Shown one piece after another: positions 38,747 to 48,548 of a stretch of DNA of 50,828 nucleotides; the first letter of the stretch is position 1, and each line of letters opens with the position of its first letter. The notes under the pieces were generated by a model, which saw only the letters and a program-made list of their open reading frames with translations, did no database searches and was not told the origin of the DNA. This DNA comes from Actinomycetes bacterium (GTDB lineage: Bacteria > Actinomycetota > Acidimicrobiia > Acidimicrobiales > Acidimicrobiaceae). A program made the translations under genes and the position numbers. Location: positions 1-50,828 of the forward strand of contig JAJZCF010000003.1 in NCBI GenBank assembly GCA_021846265.1. Direction: 5' to 3'.

Positions 38747-39711
38747 GCGCCAAGGCGGCTTCTGGGATCGAGGCGCTTCTTTCAAAGCGCCTAATATTCG
38801 TCACTGGAAAAGGCGGCGTGGGAAAGTCCACCATTGCCGCCTCATTGGCGTGGCTCGCGTCGCAGCGAAAGATGTCGACTCTGTTGTGTCAGGTCGATGC
38901 AAAGGGTGATCTCCAGCGGATGTTCGGCCGAAATGCTATTGGTTTTAAGCCGGAGCTCGTCCGACCAAACCTCTGGGCGATGTCGATGGATACCGAGGCG
39001 GCGCTGAACGAGTATCTCAAGATTTATCTGAGGCTTCCGGTACTTCCGAGGCTGGGACCGCTAGCCAGGGCCTTCGATTTCGTAGCAAACGCTGCCCCCG
39101 GGGTAAGGGAGATTCTCGTAGTCGGAAAGCTCTGCTGGGAAGTGCGGGAGAGCCATTACGACATAGTCATTGTGGACTCCGCAGCCTCTGGACACATAGT
39201 CTCTCAGCTCGCGTCTCCCAAGGGGGTCGGGGAACTCTTTAGGGTAGGGATGGTGGTCGACCAGACCGCATGGATGTCGGATATATTGCGGGATCCAAAG
39301 ACGACTGGAGTGGTACTCGTATCTACCGCAGAAGAGACTCCGGTGCAGGAGTCGGTCGAGCTAGCGGAGCGCCTTAGTGCCCAGACGGAAGTCTCTTTGG
39401 CGTTGGTCGTGGCAAATAGGGTCTATCCTCAAGTCTTTTCTAAGACCGAAATGGAGGTCTTCAACTGGCTGGCCGACGGCAAGGGCTCGGGGATCGCCGC
39501 CAAGGCCCTTGGAAAAGGGTGGTCTGGCCTGATCGGTGCGAGTGAGCTGTGGAACGCGATGGCCGAAACTAACTGCCGATACGTCGACCTGCTTAGGGAG
39601 AAAGTGGCGAAGAGTTCGCCGCTGGTCGAGGTGGCTGAGGTCATTTCTCTTCCTGCTGGCCTCGGCCTAATAGCAGAGGTAGCTGAGTCGATAGAAGCAG
39701 GTCTGGCCTAA
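38743..39711 (+). CDS. ArsA/Get3-like ATPase (first of a pair)
   Basis: Walker A VTGKGGVGKST; overlaps the DUF3107 stop. Confidence 0.85.
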   Translation: MSAKAASGIEALLSKRLIFVTGKGGVGKSTIAASLAWLASQRKMSTLLCQVDAKGDLQRMFGRNAIGFKPELVRPNLWAMSMDTEAALNEYLKIYLRLPVLPRLGPLARAFDFVANAAPGVREILVVGKLCWEVRESHYDIVIVDSAASGHIVSQLASPKGVGELFRVGMVVDQTAWMSDILRDPKTTGVVLVSTAEETPVQESVELAERLSAQTEVSLALVVANRVYPQVFSKTEMEVFNWLADGKGSGIAAKALGKGWSGLIGASELWNAMAETNCRYVDLLREKVAKSSPLVEVAEVISLPAGLGLIAEVAESIEAGLA

Positions 39712-40881
39712 ATGGTGGAGTCTCTGGGTTCAAAGCTGAAAGAGAAGAGCGTGATTTTCTGCGCCGGAGCCGGCGGGGTGGGCAAGACGACCATTTCGGC
39801 GAGCCTTGCTCTCACCTTGGCGGTCCATGAGAAGAAGTCGGTGCTTGTGATAACTGTCGATCCTGCAAAGCGCCTAGCGGGGGCGTTGGGACTCAGCGAA
39901 CTGGGCAACGATCCCATAGAGGTCGATCTTTCGGGGATAGAGGGTCGTAAGGGCAGACTATACGCAGCGATGGTCGATATGAAGGAGTCTTGGGATCAGA
40001 TCGTGCAGAGCTGCGCAGACTCCGACGCCCAGGAGCGAATTTTCGCTAATCCGATCTATCAAAATATCTCGTCTCAGTTCGTGCAGAGCCACGACTACAT
40101 CGCCGTCGAGGTGCTCTACGATCTCTACGGCAGGGGAGATTTCGACCTCATCGTAGTCGATACCCCTCCATCAAGGAATGCGATCGACTTTCTTGATGCG
40201 CCTAAGCGGATGGAAGAGTTTTTCTCTTCGAAGCTCCTTAGGTGGCTTACCATGCCCTATCGCTCGAAGGTCTTCGTTTCAGCTTTTAAGCCATTTAATG
40301 CCGTGGCTGAAAAGATACTAGGGAGCGCCTTTCTGGCCGAACTCGGCGAGTTTTTTGTCGACTTTCAGAGTATGCAGGACGGGTTCTTGGAGCGAGCGGG
40401 GACCGTCTCCAAGCTGATCAATTCTGACCAATCCACTTTCATCGTGGTTTCCACCGCTTCGGAGGCGCCGATCAACGAGGCATCCTTCTTTATTACCGAG
40501 CTATTTGAGCGAAATTTGCCGTTGGCGGGGGTCGTTATCAATAGGTGCCTTCCACAGAACCTCCTTGATCGTGAGGTCGCAAGTTCCGCTCAAAAGCTCG
40601 ATGACTCGCAAAATGTCATGGTCGCCGAGCTCACAGGGCGTTACCTAAAGGAGAATCCAGATATTGACGGCGACCTCGGTCGGAGGTTATCTCCAATCTT
40701 TAATCGAGTTCTTTCCGAAGTGAACAGCAACTATCTCGGCCTAGCGGAGCTCTACTCATCAGAGATCGCCTACAAGTCCAAGATAGGCGTCGACTCGGCG
40801 GAGATCATTGAAGTTGCCCAAGAACGTGGAGACATCTCGTCGTTGCCGAACTTGCTAAAAATGTTAGATAACATTTGGTAG
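39712..40881 (+). CDS. ArsA/Get3-like ATPase (second of a pair)
   Basis: Walker A CAGAGGVGKTT and VVDTPPSRN; directly abuts the preceding gene. Confidence 0.85.
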   Translation: MVESLGSKLKEKSVIFCAGAGGVGKTTISASLALTLAVHEKKSVLVITVDPAKRLAGALGLSELGNDPIEVDLSGIEGRKGRLYAAMVDMKESWDQIVQSCADSDAQERIFANPIYQNISSQFVQSHDYIAVEVLYDLYGRGDFDLIVVDTPPSRNAIDFLDAPKRMEEFFSSKLLRWLTMPYRSKVFVSAFKPFNAVAEKILGSAFLAELGEFFVDFQSMQDGFLERAGTVSKLINSDQSTFIVVSTASEAPINEASFFITELFERNLPLAGVVINRCLPQNLLDREVASSAQKLDDSQNVMVAELTGRYLKENPDIDGDLGRRLSPIFNRVLSEVNSNYLGLAELYSSEIAYKSKIGVDSAEIIEVAQERGDISSLPNLLKMLDNIW

Positions 40882-40905
40882 ACAAATGCCTCTACCATTA
40901 ATTGG

Positions 40906-41772
40906 GTGATTGATTACCATTTGCACCTTTGGCCTCATGGTCACTCGGCAGCTCCGATGAGTGTCGACGAGATCGGTTCGTACTGCGAAAAGGCGAATAG
41001 GGCCGGAATCGCCGAGATTGCCCTCACCGAGCACATCTATAGGTTTAAACAGACCAAGAAAATCCTCGGAGATTTTTTCCTTCGATACCCCGAATCGAAG
41101 ATGAGAAGCTTGATGTTCGAATACTGGCATCAACACTGCGGAGCTGATATGGACGAATACTTCAGTGTCGTGCAGGCCGCCAAGGACGCCGGGCTCCCCG
41201 TAATTGCGGGACTTGAAGTCGACTACTATCCCGGCGAGATGGATAAAGTGGCCTCCCTAATGGCGGGCTATCCCCTCGATGTCGCTCTAGGTTCGGTGCA
41301 CTGGATAGATGACTGGCCCTTCGATCACATTTCTGATCCCTTTGTGATGGAGTACTGGAATCACTATGGCATCGAAAAGGCGTGGGGGGCATATACCACT
41401 GCATTAGAAGAGTTGGCACAGTCGGGCGTAATCGACGTGCTGGCGCACCCCGACTTGATAAAGGTTGCCGGACACTTCCCATCGGTTCCAGACGAGTTCT
41501 TCGATCGGATGGCCCAGACTGCGGCGTCCTCGGGCATAGCGGCCGAGGTGTCAAGCGCAGGAATTCGAAAACCGGTCGGAGAAGCCTATCCGGCTCCCGA
41601 CCTTCTTTCGAAGTTTTTCGAATTAGGCGTCCCAATTACTACCGCCTCGGATTCTCATGGCATCGACCATGTAGGATTTAGGGTTGGGGAGATAAAAGAG
41701 TTCATCACATCCGCTGGATACGACAGACTCTTGGGATTTAAGGAACGCAGACCTTACGAAGTGGAGATCTAG
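40906..41772 (+). CDS. PHP-family histidinol phosphatase (HisK type)
   Basis: N-terminal DYHLHLWPH metal-binding motif, later GSVH and AHPD motifs. GTG start. Confidence 0.75.
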   Translation: MIDYHLHLWPHGHSAAPMSVDEIGSYCEKANRAGIAEIALTEHIYRFKQTKKILGDFFLRYPESKMRSLMFEYWHQHCGADMDEYFSVVQAAKDAGLPVIAGLEVDYYPGEMDKVASLMAGYPLDVALGSVHWIDDWPFDHISDPFVMEYWNHYGIEKAWGAYTTALEELAQSGVIDVLAHPDLIKVAGHFPSVPDEFFDRMAQTAASSGIAAEVSSAGIRKPVGEAYPAPDLLSKFFELGVPITTASDSHGIDHVGFRVGEIKEFITSAGYDRLLGFKERRPYEVEI

Positions 41773-41780
41773 ACATTTAG

Positions 41781-43217
41781 ATGGTCGAAGACCTTTTGTT
41801 TGGTCTGGAAGAGGAAGCGAAGGCAAGGCTTACCGAATTGGTTAGACGGTGGGGCTTGCTAGCGGATCTCTGCTTCTCAGATCTTCTGCTTTTCGTAAGG
41901 GATCCGGACAACCCCGCAAGGGTGGTGGTCGTAGCACAAGTGAGACCGGCCACCGCAGCAACGGTTCATCAAGTGGACATGGTGGGCTCTGTCTTTTCCA
42001 AAGAGTCGGCCCAGAGCATCTTTTCGAGTTTCTCTTCCGGAGGGCCGAGCTTTCAGGAGAGAATCGATCAGGCTGGGACCCACAAGGTCGTGTCTCAAGC
42101 GATACCGGTGCCTTTTGAAGGCAAGATTATCGCCGTGATGGTTAGAGACTTTCTACTTAATCCTCAAAGGGCTCAGGGCGAACTTGAAGCTACCTATATC
42201 TCGCTCTTTGAGAAGCTCGCCAAGATGATTCAGCATGGGGAGTTCCCCTACTCGAACGACGACGTTGTCGAGACCCCGAGGGTAGGCGACGGCGTGATGG
42301 TACTAAACGCAGATGGGCTCGTGCAGTTCATGTCTCCTAACGGGGTTAGTGCGATCCATCGGCTTGGGTGCCGATCACCAAGGAGGGGTAGCGGACTGAC
42401 GGAACTCGGCCTACCGCTACTGGGGCCGGCACAGGCGGCGCTCGAGGGTAATCCGGTCTTGGATGAGATAGAGCGGAGGGGGGATATCGTCGTCGAGTTC
42501 ATATCCTTCCCATTATTCGACCGGGGGCAGCCGTCGGGTACCTTGGTGCTTCTTCGAGACGTCACCGACCTCAGAGTGAAGGATCGGCTTATCCTCTCCA
42601 AGGACGCAACGATCAAAGAGATCCACCATCGGGTGAAGAATAACCTTCAGACGATCTCGAGCCTTCTGCGGCTACAGGCGAGACGAATAGATTCCGATAA
42701 AGCTAAGCAGGCACTCTCGGAGGCGGAGAGGCGAATTCGATCGATAGCTTTAGTTCATGAGGCCCTAAGTCGAGAAGTGGGTGAGCAAGCTCCTATGGGA
42801 AAGGTAATCGACTCCATCCAGGTGCTGGCTACCGAGTCCGCTCCCCAAGGAGTGGAGGCTGAGTTCGAGATCATAGGTGACTTAGGCGACGTCGATGCCA
42901 GTATTGCAACCCCGTTGGCAGTTGTCATCGCTGAGTTAATGCAAAACTCGGTCGAGCACGCCTTTGCAAGCTTGCCGGCGGATGAGACGGTAGGTCTCAA
43001 AATTAAACTCGAGCTAGTGAGGACCAATTCGGTCCTCAAAGTTACAATATCGGACAACGGAGAGGGATTTCCAGACTCTTTTGACCTTCAGACTACTGAA
43101 TCGCTAGGTCTTTCAATAGTTAGAGACTTAGTGACTACGCAGCTGGATGGCAAGATCAGCCTATGTTCCGGACCCAGTGCAAAAGTGACCATTGAAGTTC
43201 CTTTGGAGATAAGTTGA
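41781..43217 (+). CDS. PdtaS-like sensor histidine kinase (GAF/PAS plus HisKA_2 plus HATPase)
   Basis: EIHHRVKNNLQTISSLLRLQARR phospho-acceptor box and a C-terminal ATPase region (DNGEGFP, SLGLSIV). Confidence 0.8.
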   Translation: MVEDLLFGLEEEAKARLTELVRRWGLLADLCFSDLLLFVRDPDNPARVVVVAQVRPATAATVHQVDMVGSVFSKESAQSIFSSFSSGGPSFQERIDQAGTHKVVSQAIPVPFEGKIIAVMVRDFLLNPQRAQGELEATYISLFEKLAKMIQHGEFPYSNDDVVETPRVGDGVMVLNADGLVQFMSPNGVSAIHRLGCRSPRRGSGLTELGLPLLGPAQAALEGNPVLDEIERRGDIVVEFISFPLFDRGQPSGTLVLLRDVTDLRVKDRLILSKDATIKEIHHRVKNNLQTISSLLRLQARRIDSDKAKQALSEAERRIRSIALVHEALSREVGEQAPMGKVIDSIQVLATESAPQGVEAEFEIIGDLGDVDASIATPLAVVIAELMQNSVEHAFASLPADETVGLKIKLELVRTNSVLKVTISDNGEGFPDSFDLQTTESLGLSIVRDLVTTQLDGKISLCSGPSAKVTIEVPLEIS

Positions 43218-43933
43218 GTGGATTTGAGGACTTCCCTCTGATAAGCGGTTCTCGTTATAAGCCCGTTGTGCTCGCCCATAGGGGGGACCACCGCTTTCAT
43301 AAACCCAATAGCCTTCCGGCAATTACATCTAGTCTCAACAGCGGTGCCGATGGGGCTGAGGTTGACCTTCGATTGGGGGCAGAAGGTGGGATTTTTCTCA
43401 GCCACGATCCCAAGCAGAAGGGTTACGAGCTCGCAAAGGCACGCGAGGAGGACCTTGAGCTCGAGAAGCTCTCCATCTGCACGCTGGACAAGGTGCTAGC
43501 GGCGACGGGTGAAATGTTGCTCAATCTCGAGCTGAAGAGTGACCCTTTTGGTCGGGTCGACGAGCTCACCGATTCGGTGCTTGCAAAGTGCGGCCCGCTA
43601 GCCGAGTCAAAAAGGCTTCTTTTTTCGTCTTTTGATCGAAAAGTGATCGAATCGTTAAAGTCCAAGGCCCCGGAGGCGAAAGTATCCCTCCTGTTAGAGC
43701 ACAGGATTTCGCTCGACCGACCGATCTCTTATGCCAAAGAACTTGGCCTTTTCGGGCTAAACCTGCATCATCGTAACGCTGTGGGCAAGCCGCTGGCGCG
43801 TTGCTTGGAGGCTGGGCTTAAAGTAAATGTCTGGACATTAGATAACGAAAAAAGCGCTATAGATTTAAGTTACCATCCGGTAACGGGCATCATAACTAAT
43901 AAGATTGCAGAGATTCGCCGGGTGGTCGGCTAA
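43214..43933 (+). CDS. glycerophosphodiester phosphodiesterase family protein
   Basis: VLAHRGD...E.DLRL...H GDPD motifs. The TTG start overlaps the upstream stop. Confidence 0.85.
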   Translation: MSGFEDFPLISGSRYKPVVLAHRGDHRFHKPNSLPAITSSLNSGADGAEVDLRLGAEGGIFLSHDPKQKGYELAKAREEDLELEKLSICTLDKVLAATGEMLLNLELKSDPFGRVDELTDSVLAKCGPLAESKRLLFSSFDRKVIESLKSKAPEAKVSLLLEHRISLDRPISYAKELGLFGLNLHHRNAVGKPLARCLEAGLKVNVWTLDNEKSAIDLSYHPVTGIITNKIAEIRRVVG

Positions 43934-43980
43934 CCCGAGCCTCGAACTTATTCGGTGGAAACTAGGAGAATTGCGAAGTT

Positions 43981-44757
43981 ATGAATATCTGTGTGTGCGT
44001 AAAGCAGATCCCCGACCCAACAGTGGCGCCGTCGCTTGATCCAACCACTAACAATTTAGTCAGAGCTGGAAAGCTTGTGCTAGATGACTCGGACACCTTT
44101 GGTGTTGAAATGGCTCTTCAACTCGTTGACGCAGCTGGAGGGGGAGAAGTCACCCTTGTCTCCATGGCGCCGAATGACGAAGTATCGGGAATTAGGACCG
44201 GGCTCGCTATGGGCGCAGCCAAGGGGATCTTAGTTTCTGACCCCGAGCTGGCGGGTTCCGATGCACTCTCGACTGCGAAGGTGCTTGCAGCGGCGATAAG
44301 GACTACGGAGTTCGATCTTGTCATCACGGCGACCGAATCGACCGACGGATACACCGGAACGACTCCAGTGCAGATCGCTGAATTATTAGGACTTCCCTCG
44401 GTGAGCTTTGCCAAGAAGGTCGAGATTGTGGACGGGACTCTCAAGGTGGAGAGGCAGACCGAGGCCGGTTTTGACGAGGTAACATCCCCGTTGCCGGCGC
44501 TCGTAACGGTCACGGCTGGGGTCGTCGAACCGAGGTACCCGTCTTTCAAGGGGATCATGTCGGCGAAATCTAAGCCGGTAACGACCTTGAAGGTAGCGGA
44601 TTTGGGCCTATCGGGCCAAGTAGGCGGGGCCAACTCTGGACAGCAGGTTGTTTCTGTGAGAAAAGCCGAAGCTCGCCAGGCCGGAACGATTATTGAGGAT
44701 GGCGACGACGCCATTGTCCAGCTAGTGGGTTATCTGGAGCAACTTAAGGTCATCTGA
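43981..44757 (+). CDS. etfB: electron transfer flavoprotein beta subunit
   Basis: 258 aa with MNICVCVKQIPD.. and an EtfB-type fold; followed by etfA. Confidence 0.9.
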   Translation: MNICVCVKQIPDPTVAPSLDPTTNNLVRAGKLVLDDSDTFGVEMALQLVDAAGGGEVTLVSMAPNDEVSGIRTGLAMGAAKGILVSDPELAGSDALSTAKVLAAAIRTTEFDLVITATESTDGYTGTTPVQIAELLGLPSVSFAKKVEIVDGTLKVERQTEAGFDEVTSPLPALVTVTAGVVEPRYPSFKGIMSAKSKPVTTLKVADLGLSGQVGGANSGQQVVSVRKAEARQAGTIIEDGDDAIVQLVGYLEQLKVI

Positions 44758-44800
44758 CCTTTTTGGTTTACAAATAGATTCGAAAAGAAGGGGATTTTAA

Positions 44801-45769
44801 GTGTCTCTAGGGAAAATTTGGGTATTGGCCGAGTTCGCTGAAGCCAAGCCGACAACCGCTACTCTTGAGCTGCTAAGTGCGGCGAGTACTTTTGCGGATA
44901 GGGTAGAAGCTTTCGCATGGGGCGAAGGCGTCGCCGACTACTCGGGAGTGCTTGGCGACTATGGGGTATCGAAACTCTATGACATAGGTTCATTGGCTGG
45001 ATCGCTGCCAGGACCGAAGGTCGCTGCGGCCATGGCGGAGGCGATTTCGAAGGACTCTGCTCCCGACGCCATATTTTTTGCCACGAGCTATGACGGCCGG
45101 GATGCTGCGGCAAGGCTTTCGGCAAGGCTTTCGGTAGGGGTCATAACCAACGTGGTCAATCTTGTCGCTGAAGGTAATGAGCTGAACGCCGAGCACGCGA
45201 TCTTTGGCGGAGAGATGATCTTGACTTCGAAGTTCACTGCATCTGCCCCGCGGATCTTCGTTATTCGGGCCAAGTCCTTTGCCCCCGAGGCAAAAGATAC
45301 TGCGAGCTGTGAAGTCGTACCCGCCAGCGTCTCGGACCTAGGTTCCACTGACGGCGCGAAGATCGTATCATCTCACGTGGAAGAGCGCAGCGGACCCAAG
45401 TTAGATGAGGCTCCGGTAGTCGTCTCTGGTGGACGTGGCTTGGGCCAGCCGGACAGGTACCAGTTGGTAGAGGAGCTAGCGTCACTTTTAGCCGGTGCTC
45501 CCGGTGCGTCTAGGGCGATCGTCGATGCCGGATGGGTCCCCTATTCGTATCAAGTCGGCCAGACCGGCAAGACCGTGAAACCGAACCTATACATCGCCGT
45601 TGGCATCTCGGGAGCCACCCAGCATATGGTCGGCATGAAGGGATCGAAGAATATCGTGGCGATTAATAAAGACAAAGAGGCTCCGATCTTTCAGGTCTGC
45701 GACTTTGGTATCGTCGGCGATGCATCGAAGATTGTTCCCAAGCTTATCGAGGCGATAAAAGCCAGGTAG
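44801..45769 (+). CDS. etfA: electron transfer flavoprotein alpha subunit
   Basis: 322 aa with the C-terminal FAD-binding region [23 protein letters not shown]. Confidence 0.9.
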   Translation: MSLGKIWVLAEFAEAKPTTATLELLSAASTFADRVEAFAWGEGVADYSGVLGDYGVSKLYDIGSLAGSLPGPKVAAAMAEAISKDSAPDAIFFATSYDGRDAAARLSARLSVGVITNVVNLVAEGNELNAEHAIFGGEMILTSKFTASAPRIFVIRAKSFAPEAKDTASCEVVPASVSDLGSTDGAKIVSSHVEERSGPKLDEAPVVVSGGRGLGQPDRYQLVEELASLLAGAPGASRAIVDAGWVPYSYQVGQTGKTVKPNLYIAVGISGATQHMVGMKGSKNIVAINKDKEAPIFQVCDFGIVGDASKIVPKLIEAIKAR

Positions 45770-45824
45770 TACCGCTTTTTTAAGGCTTAGTGACCGATGA
45801 GTTATCGAAGCCTTGGGAGATTTG

Positions 45825-45860
45825 TCGTCTTTGTTGGTGAATCGAATCCAACAAAGACGA
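45825..45860 (+). terminator. hairpin downstream of etfA
   Basis: Perfect 13-bp stem TCGTCTTTGTTGG / CCAACAAAGACGA with a 10-nt loop, followed by TATTTCCCCTTTG (a weak U tract). Confidence 0.5.
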
Positions 45861-46067
45861 TATTTCCCCTTTGAAACATAAAAACTTACCCCCGGAAGTA
45901 GTAAAGTCAGTTTTTCAGGCTACCGATACTTATTTTGGTTTCTTGCAATCGTATCGGGCAAGAGCCGCCTGTTTTGATTACTTGTCCGTCGAAGGACGAG
46001 GGGAGACTAGTCGCCATGTCGTAATTTTGACTTTTGGCGGTGAGCTTGCTGTGAGGGGTGCAGGTCT

Positions 46068-47858
46068 ATGGGGGAGGCTCGGCCAGCTGACCTTTATGAG
46101 TGGGTGATTTCTGGGTCTGAACTGACCAAGGTGACAACGGTAGCCCATTGGGTTGAATCGGCCCGATTTGTTGGCTTCGACTTTGATCTCGGGGTGATCC
46201 TTGTCTTCGTCACCAAGTCGAACCCAACGCCTGTTTTCAATCCAGCCGAGATAACTAGCACCAGGCTGACCGGTTTACTTGTGGACCGGGAACACTTTGA
46301 AGCGGACTGGATGGATACCATCGGGGACGGTGAAAAACAGTCTTCGCTCATTCCTTTACTCTTGGGAAAAGAGTGTGCCTGGGAGCAGCGGATTACGATA
46401 ACATCCCACACCGATAAGCGACCGTTAGGACTGGTGGTCTTAGGTGGATCGGGCGTTGATCCAGCCGGAGATCCGAAGAAGCTTGAGTTTTTCAAAAGTC
46501 AGCTCAAGTCGAACTTCGAGAGACTGGCCCTAGCTGGCGAACTCGGTGATTTGGACGCCAAGCACAAAGAGCAGAGCGCTGTGATGGAGGCCTCCAGCAG
46601 GGCGGTTCACGACTTTTTGGTCCAACTAGATACCGAAGGCGAGATCACCTGGGCGTCTAACTCGCTTACTCGCATCGGCAAGGATCCGAAGAAGCTAGTC
46701 GGCATCAACGTAAAGTCGCTATTTGCTCCCTTGGATTGGGAGGACTTCAGCGTATGGTTTTCGGCATTGAAGAGTGGTGCACCGACTAATTCTGAACAGC
46801 TGCGGATTCCGATCGGTAATGGCTATGGTGACCAGGGATCTGTTTGGGTTGAGCTAGTCGGTGGCCGCTTCGATGGCGCTAGTCAGGTCGGGTATGTCCT
46901 GGCGGCGAGGGATAGGACCGAGCGGGTTCAATTCGAGATGAAGCTTGCGGAGTCAGAACACCGATATCGAAGTATCGTCGAACTCGCCGGCGAGGGTATT
47001 TGGCATGTCGCTTGGGACGGAGAGACGATCTTTGCCAATTCAAGGTTGGTTTCGATGCTCGGACTCGACGATCCATCGGAACTTCAAGGGCTGAGACTTT
47101 ATGACCATATCGATTTGGATCATCTAAAAACCCTTGGTTTTGGATCGCCGGACCCGATAAATGGCCTGAGGATTAGGTCTGAAGTCGAACTTCGTAGGGC
47201 CATAGGGGATCCTATATGGACCCTTCTCCACGCTGAAGTGATGGTTTCCGCTTCTGGAGAGGCATCATTATTGATGATGTTCGTCGACGTCAACGATCTA
47301 AAACAGACACAGCGTGAACTATCTCGCCTAGCAAGCCACGACAGTTTGACAGGACTTCCAAACCGACTTGAAATTCACAAACAACTTTCTGCAATGCTCA
47401 AGCGGGCCAGAGGGATAAATTTAGAAATTGGTGTCTTCTTTGTGGACCTTGATGGTTTCAAGTCGGTCAATGATAGCTATGGCCACGCCGTCGGAGACGA
47501 TCTTTTGAAGCAGGTAGCCAATAGGCTCAGGTCAAGGGTCAGGGAGACAGATTTTGTCGGACGCCTCGGTGGGGATGAGTTTGTAGTTATCAGCATTGGA
47601 AATTTTTACGACCAGCAGAGTGCAAAGATGGTTCAGCGTTTGTCGAAGGCTTTCGACTCAGCCTTTCAGCTTTCCGATGTGAGCGTCAGCGTCGGAGCAA
47701 GCATAGGCTTTGCTAAGTCTTCTGGGGCCCAAGAGGACACCGATCTAATCCTCGATCGAGCCGACATAGACATGTACAGGTGCAAGCTTGAGCGAAAGGG
47801 CAATGCAAAGCACCCCGAAGTAAGGTTAAATCTGAGCGAAGACCCGCAAAAGAATTAA
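46068..47858 (+). CDS. PAS-domain diguanylate cyclase (GGDEF)
   Basis: SLTGLPNR, FFVDLDGFKSVND and RLGGDEFVV. Upstream are PAS-like repeats and a GAF-like N-terminal region. Confidence 0.85.
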   Translation: MGEARPADLYEWVISGSELTKVTTVAHWVESARFVGFDFDLGVILVFVTKSNPTPVFNPAEITSTRLTGLLVDREHFEADWMDTIGDGEKQSSLIPLLLGKECAWEQRITITSHTDKRPLGLVVLGGSGVDPAGDPKKLEFFKSQLKSNFERLALAGELGDLDAKHKEQSAVMEASSRAVHDFLVQLDTEGEITWASNSLTRIGKDPKKLVGINVKSLFAPLDWEDFSVWFSALKSGAPTNSEQLRIPIGNGYGDQGSVWVELVGGRFDGASQVGYVLAARDRTERVQFEMKLAESEHRYRSIVELAGEGIWHVAWDGETIFANSRLVSMLGLDDPSELQGLRLYDHIDLDHLKTLGFGSPDPINGLRIRSEVELRRAIGDPIWTLLHAEVMVSASGEASLLMMFVDVNDLKQTQRELSRLASHDSLTGLPNRLEIHKQLSAMLKRARGINLEIGVFFVDLDGFKSVNDSYGHAVGDDLLKQVANRLRSRVRETDFVGRLGGDEFVVISIGNFYDQQSAKMVQRLSKAFDSAFQLSDVSVSVGASIGFAKSSGAQEDTDLILDRADIDMYRCKLERKGNAKHPEVRLNLSEDPQKN

Positions 47859-47888
47859 GTTTCCGGAGACATGAGTTAGACGATTCTC

Positions 47889-47919
47889 TGGCTTTTCGCC
47901 CATGGGCGGCGAAAAGCCA
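47889..47919. terminator. hairpin between convergent genes (possible bidirectional terminator)
   Basis: 12-bp perfect stem TGGCTTTTCGCC / GGCGAAAAGCCA with a 7-nt loop. There is no external U tract. Confidence 0.45.
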
Positions 47920-47941
47920 TCCAGCACAAAGTGGGACTTTA

Positions 47942-48388
47942 CTAGATCCGAGCGAAATTTGTCACGGCAACATATCGTTTTGCTGTTCCCCTGACATGCC
48001 ATCTTTCCTCGAAAGAGTCGGCGGATAGAACCAAAGTGACGATCTCATAATTGTCGCTTCCACAAAGGTGCTCGCTTCGCCAGTTCCCCTTTCTGAGATC
48101 GAGGTCCACGAAGTGTCTTCCATCGGCAAAGTTGACCGAGACTGCGCTCGCATCGAGCCGCTGGAATTCGAGATGCCTACGAGCCTGTCCGGCGTAGTTC
48201 CCAAAGCGTAGTTCGCCCGATTCATCCATTAGTGCCCTGGACGCCCTAGAGCCGTCTTTAGCTAGCTCCTGACCAGAAATTGATGCAGCTCCTCGGAAGT
48301 GACCCTCAACGCCCAAGCGGAAGTCCTGGAAGTGTCGATCGACCTTCCAGGTGCCGAGGAGAAACTCCAAGGTGTCCACAATCTCCAT
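47942..48388 (-). CDS. hypothetical protein (DUF6314-like beta-barrel, from memory of the family)
   Basis: 148 aa with LLGTWKVDRHF.., FADGRHFVDLDL and EHLCGSDNY. Confidence 0.5.
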   Translation of the reverse strand: MEIVDTLEFLLGTWKVDRHFQDFRLGVEGHFRGAASISGQELAKDGSRASRALMDESGELRFGNYAGQARRHLEFQRLDASAVSVNFADGRHFVDLDLRKGNWRSEHLCGSDNYEIVTLVLSADSFEERWHVRGTAKRYVAVTNFARI

Positions 48389-48548
48389 GGCTGGTGAGTC
48401 TAACTTCCCAACGGGGGCGAATCGGTGGCCGACGATTCAAAAGGACCTTCAGCCCTCCACGATTGATTCGCACAGTTGATCCGTATGATTGATGATTTGT
48501 GTGGTTAATAATTCGCACGAGGCCCCGAGTTGCAACTGAGCCCGTCTC

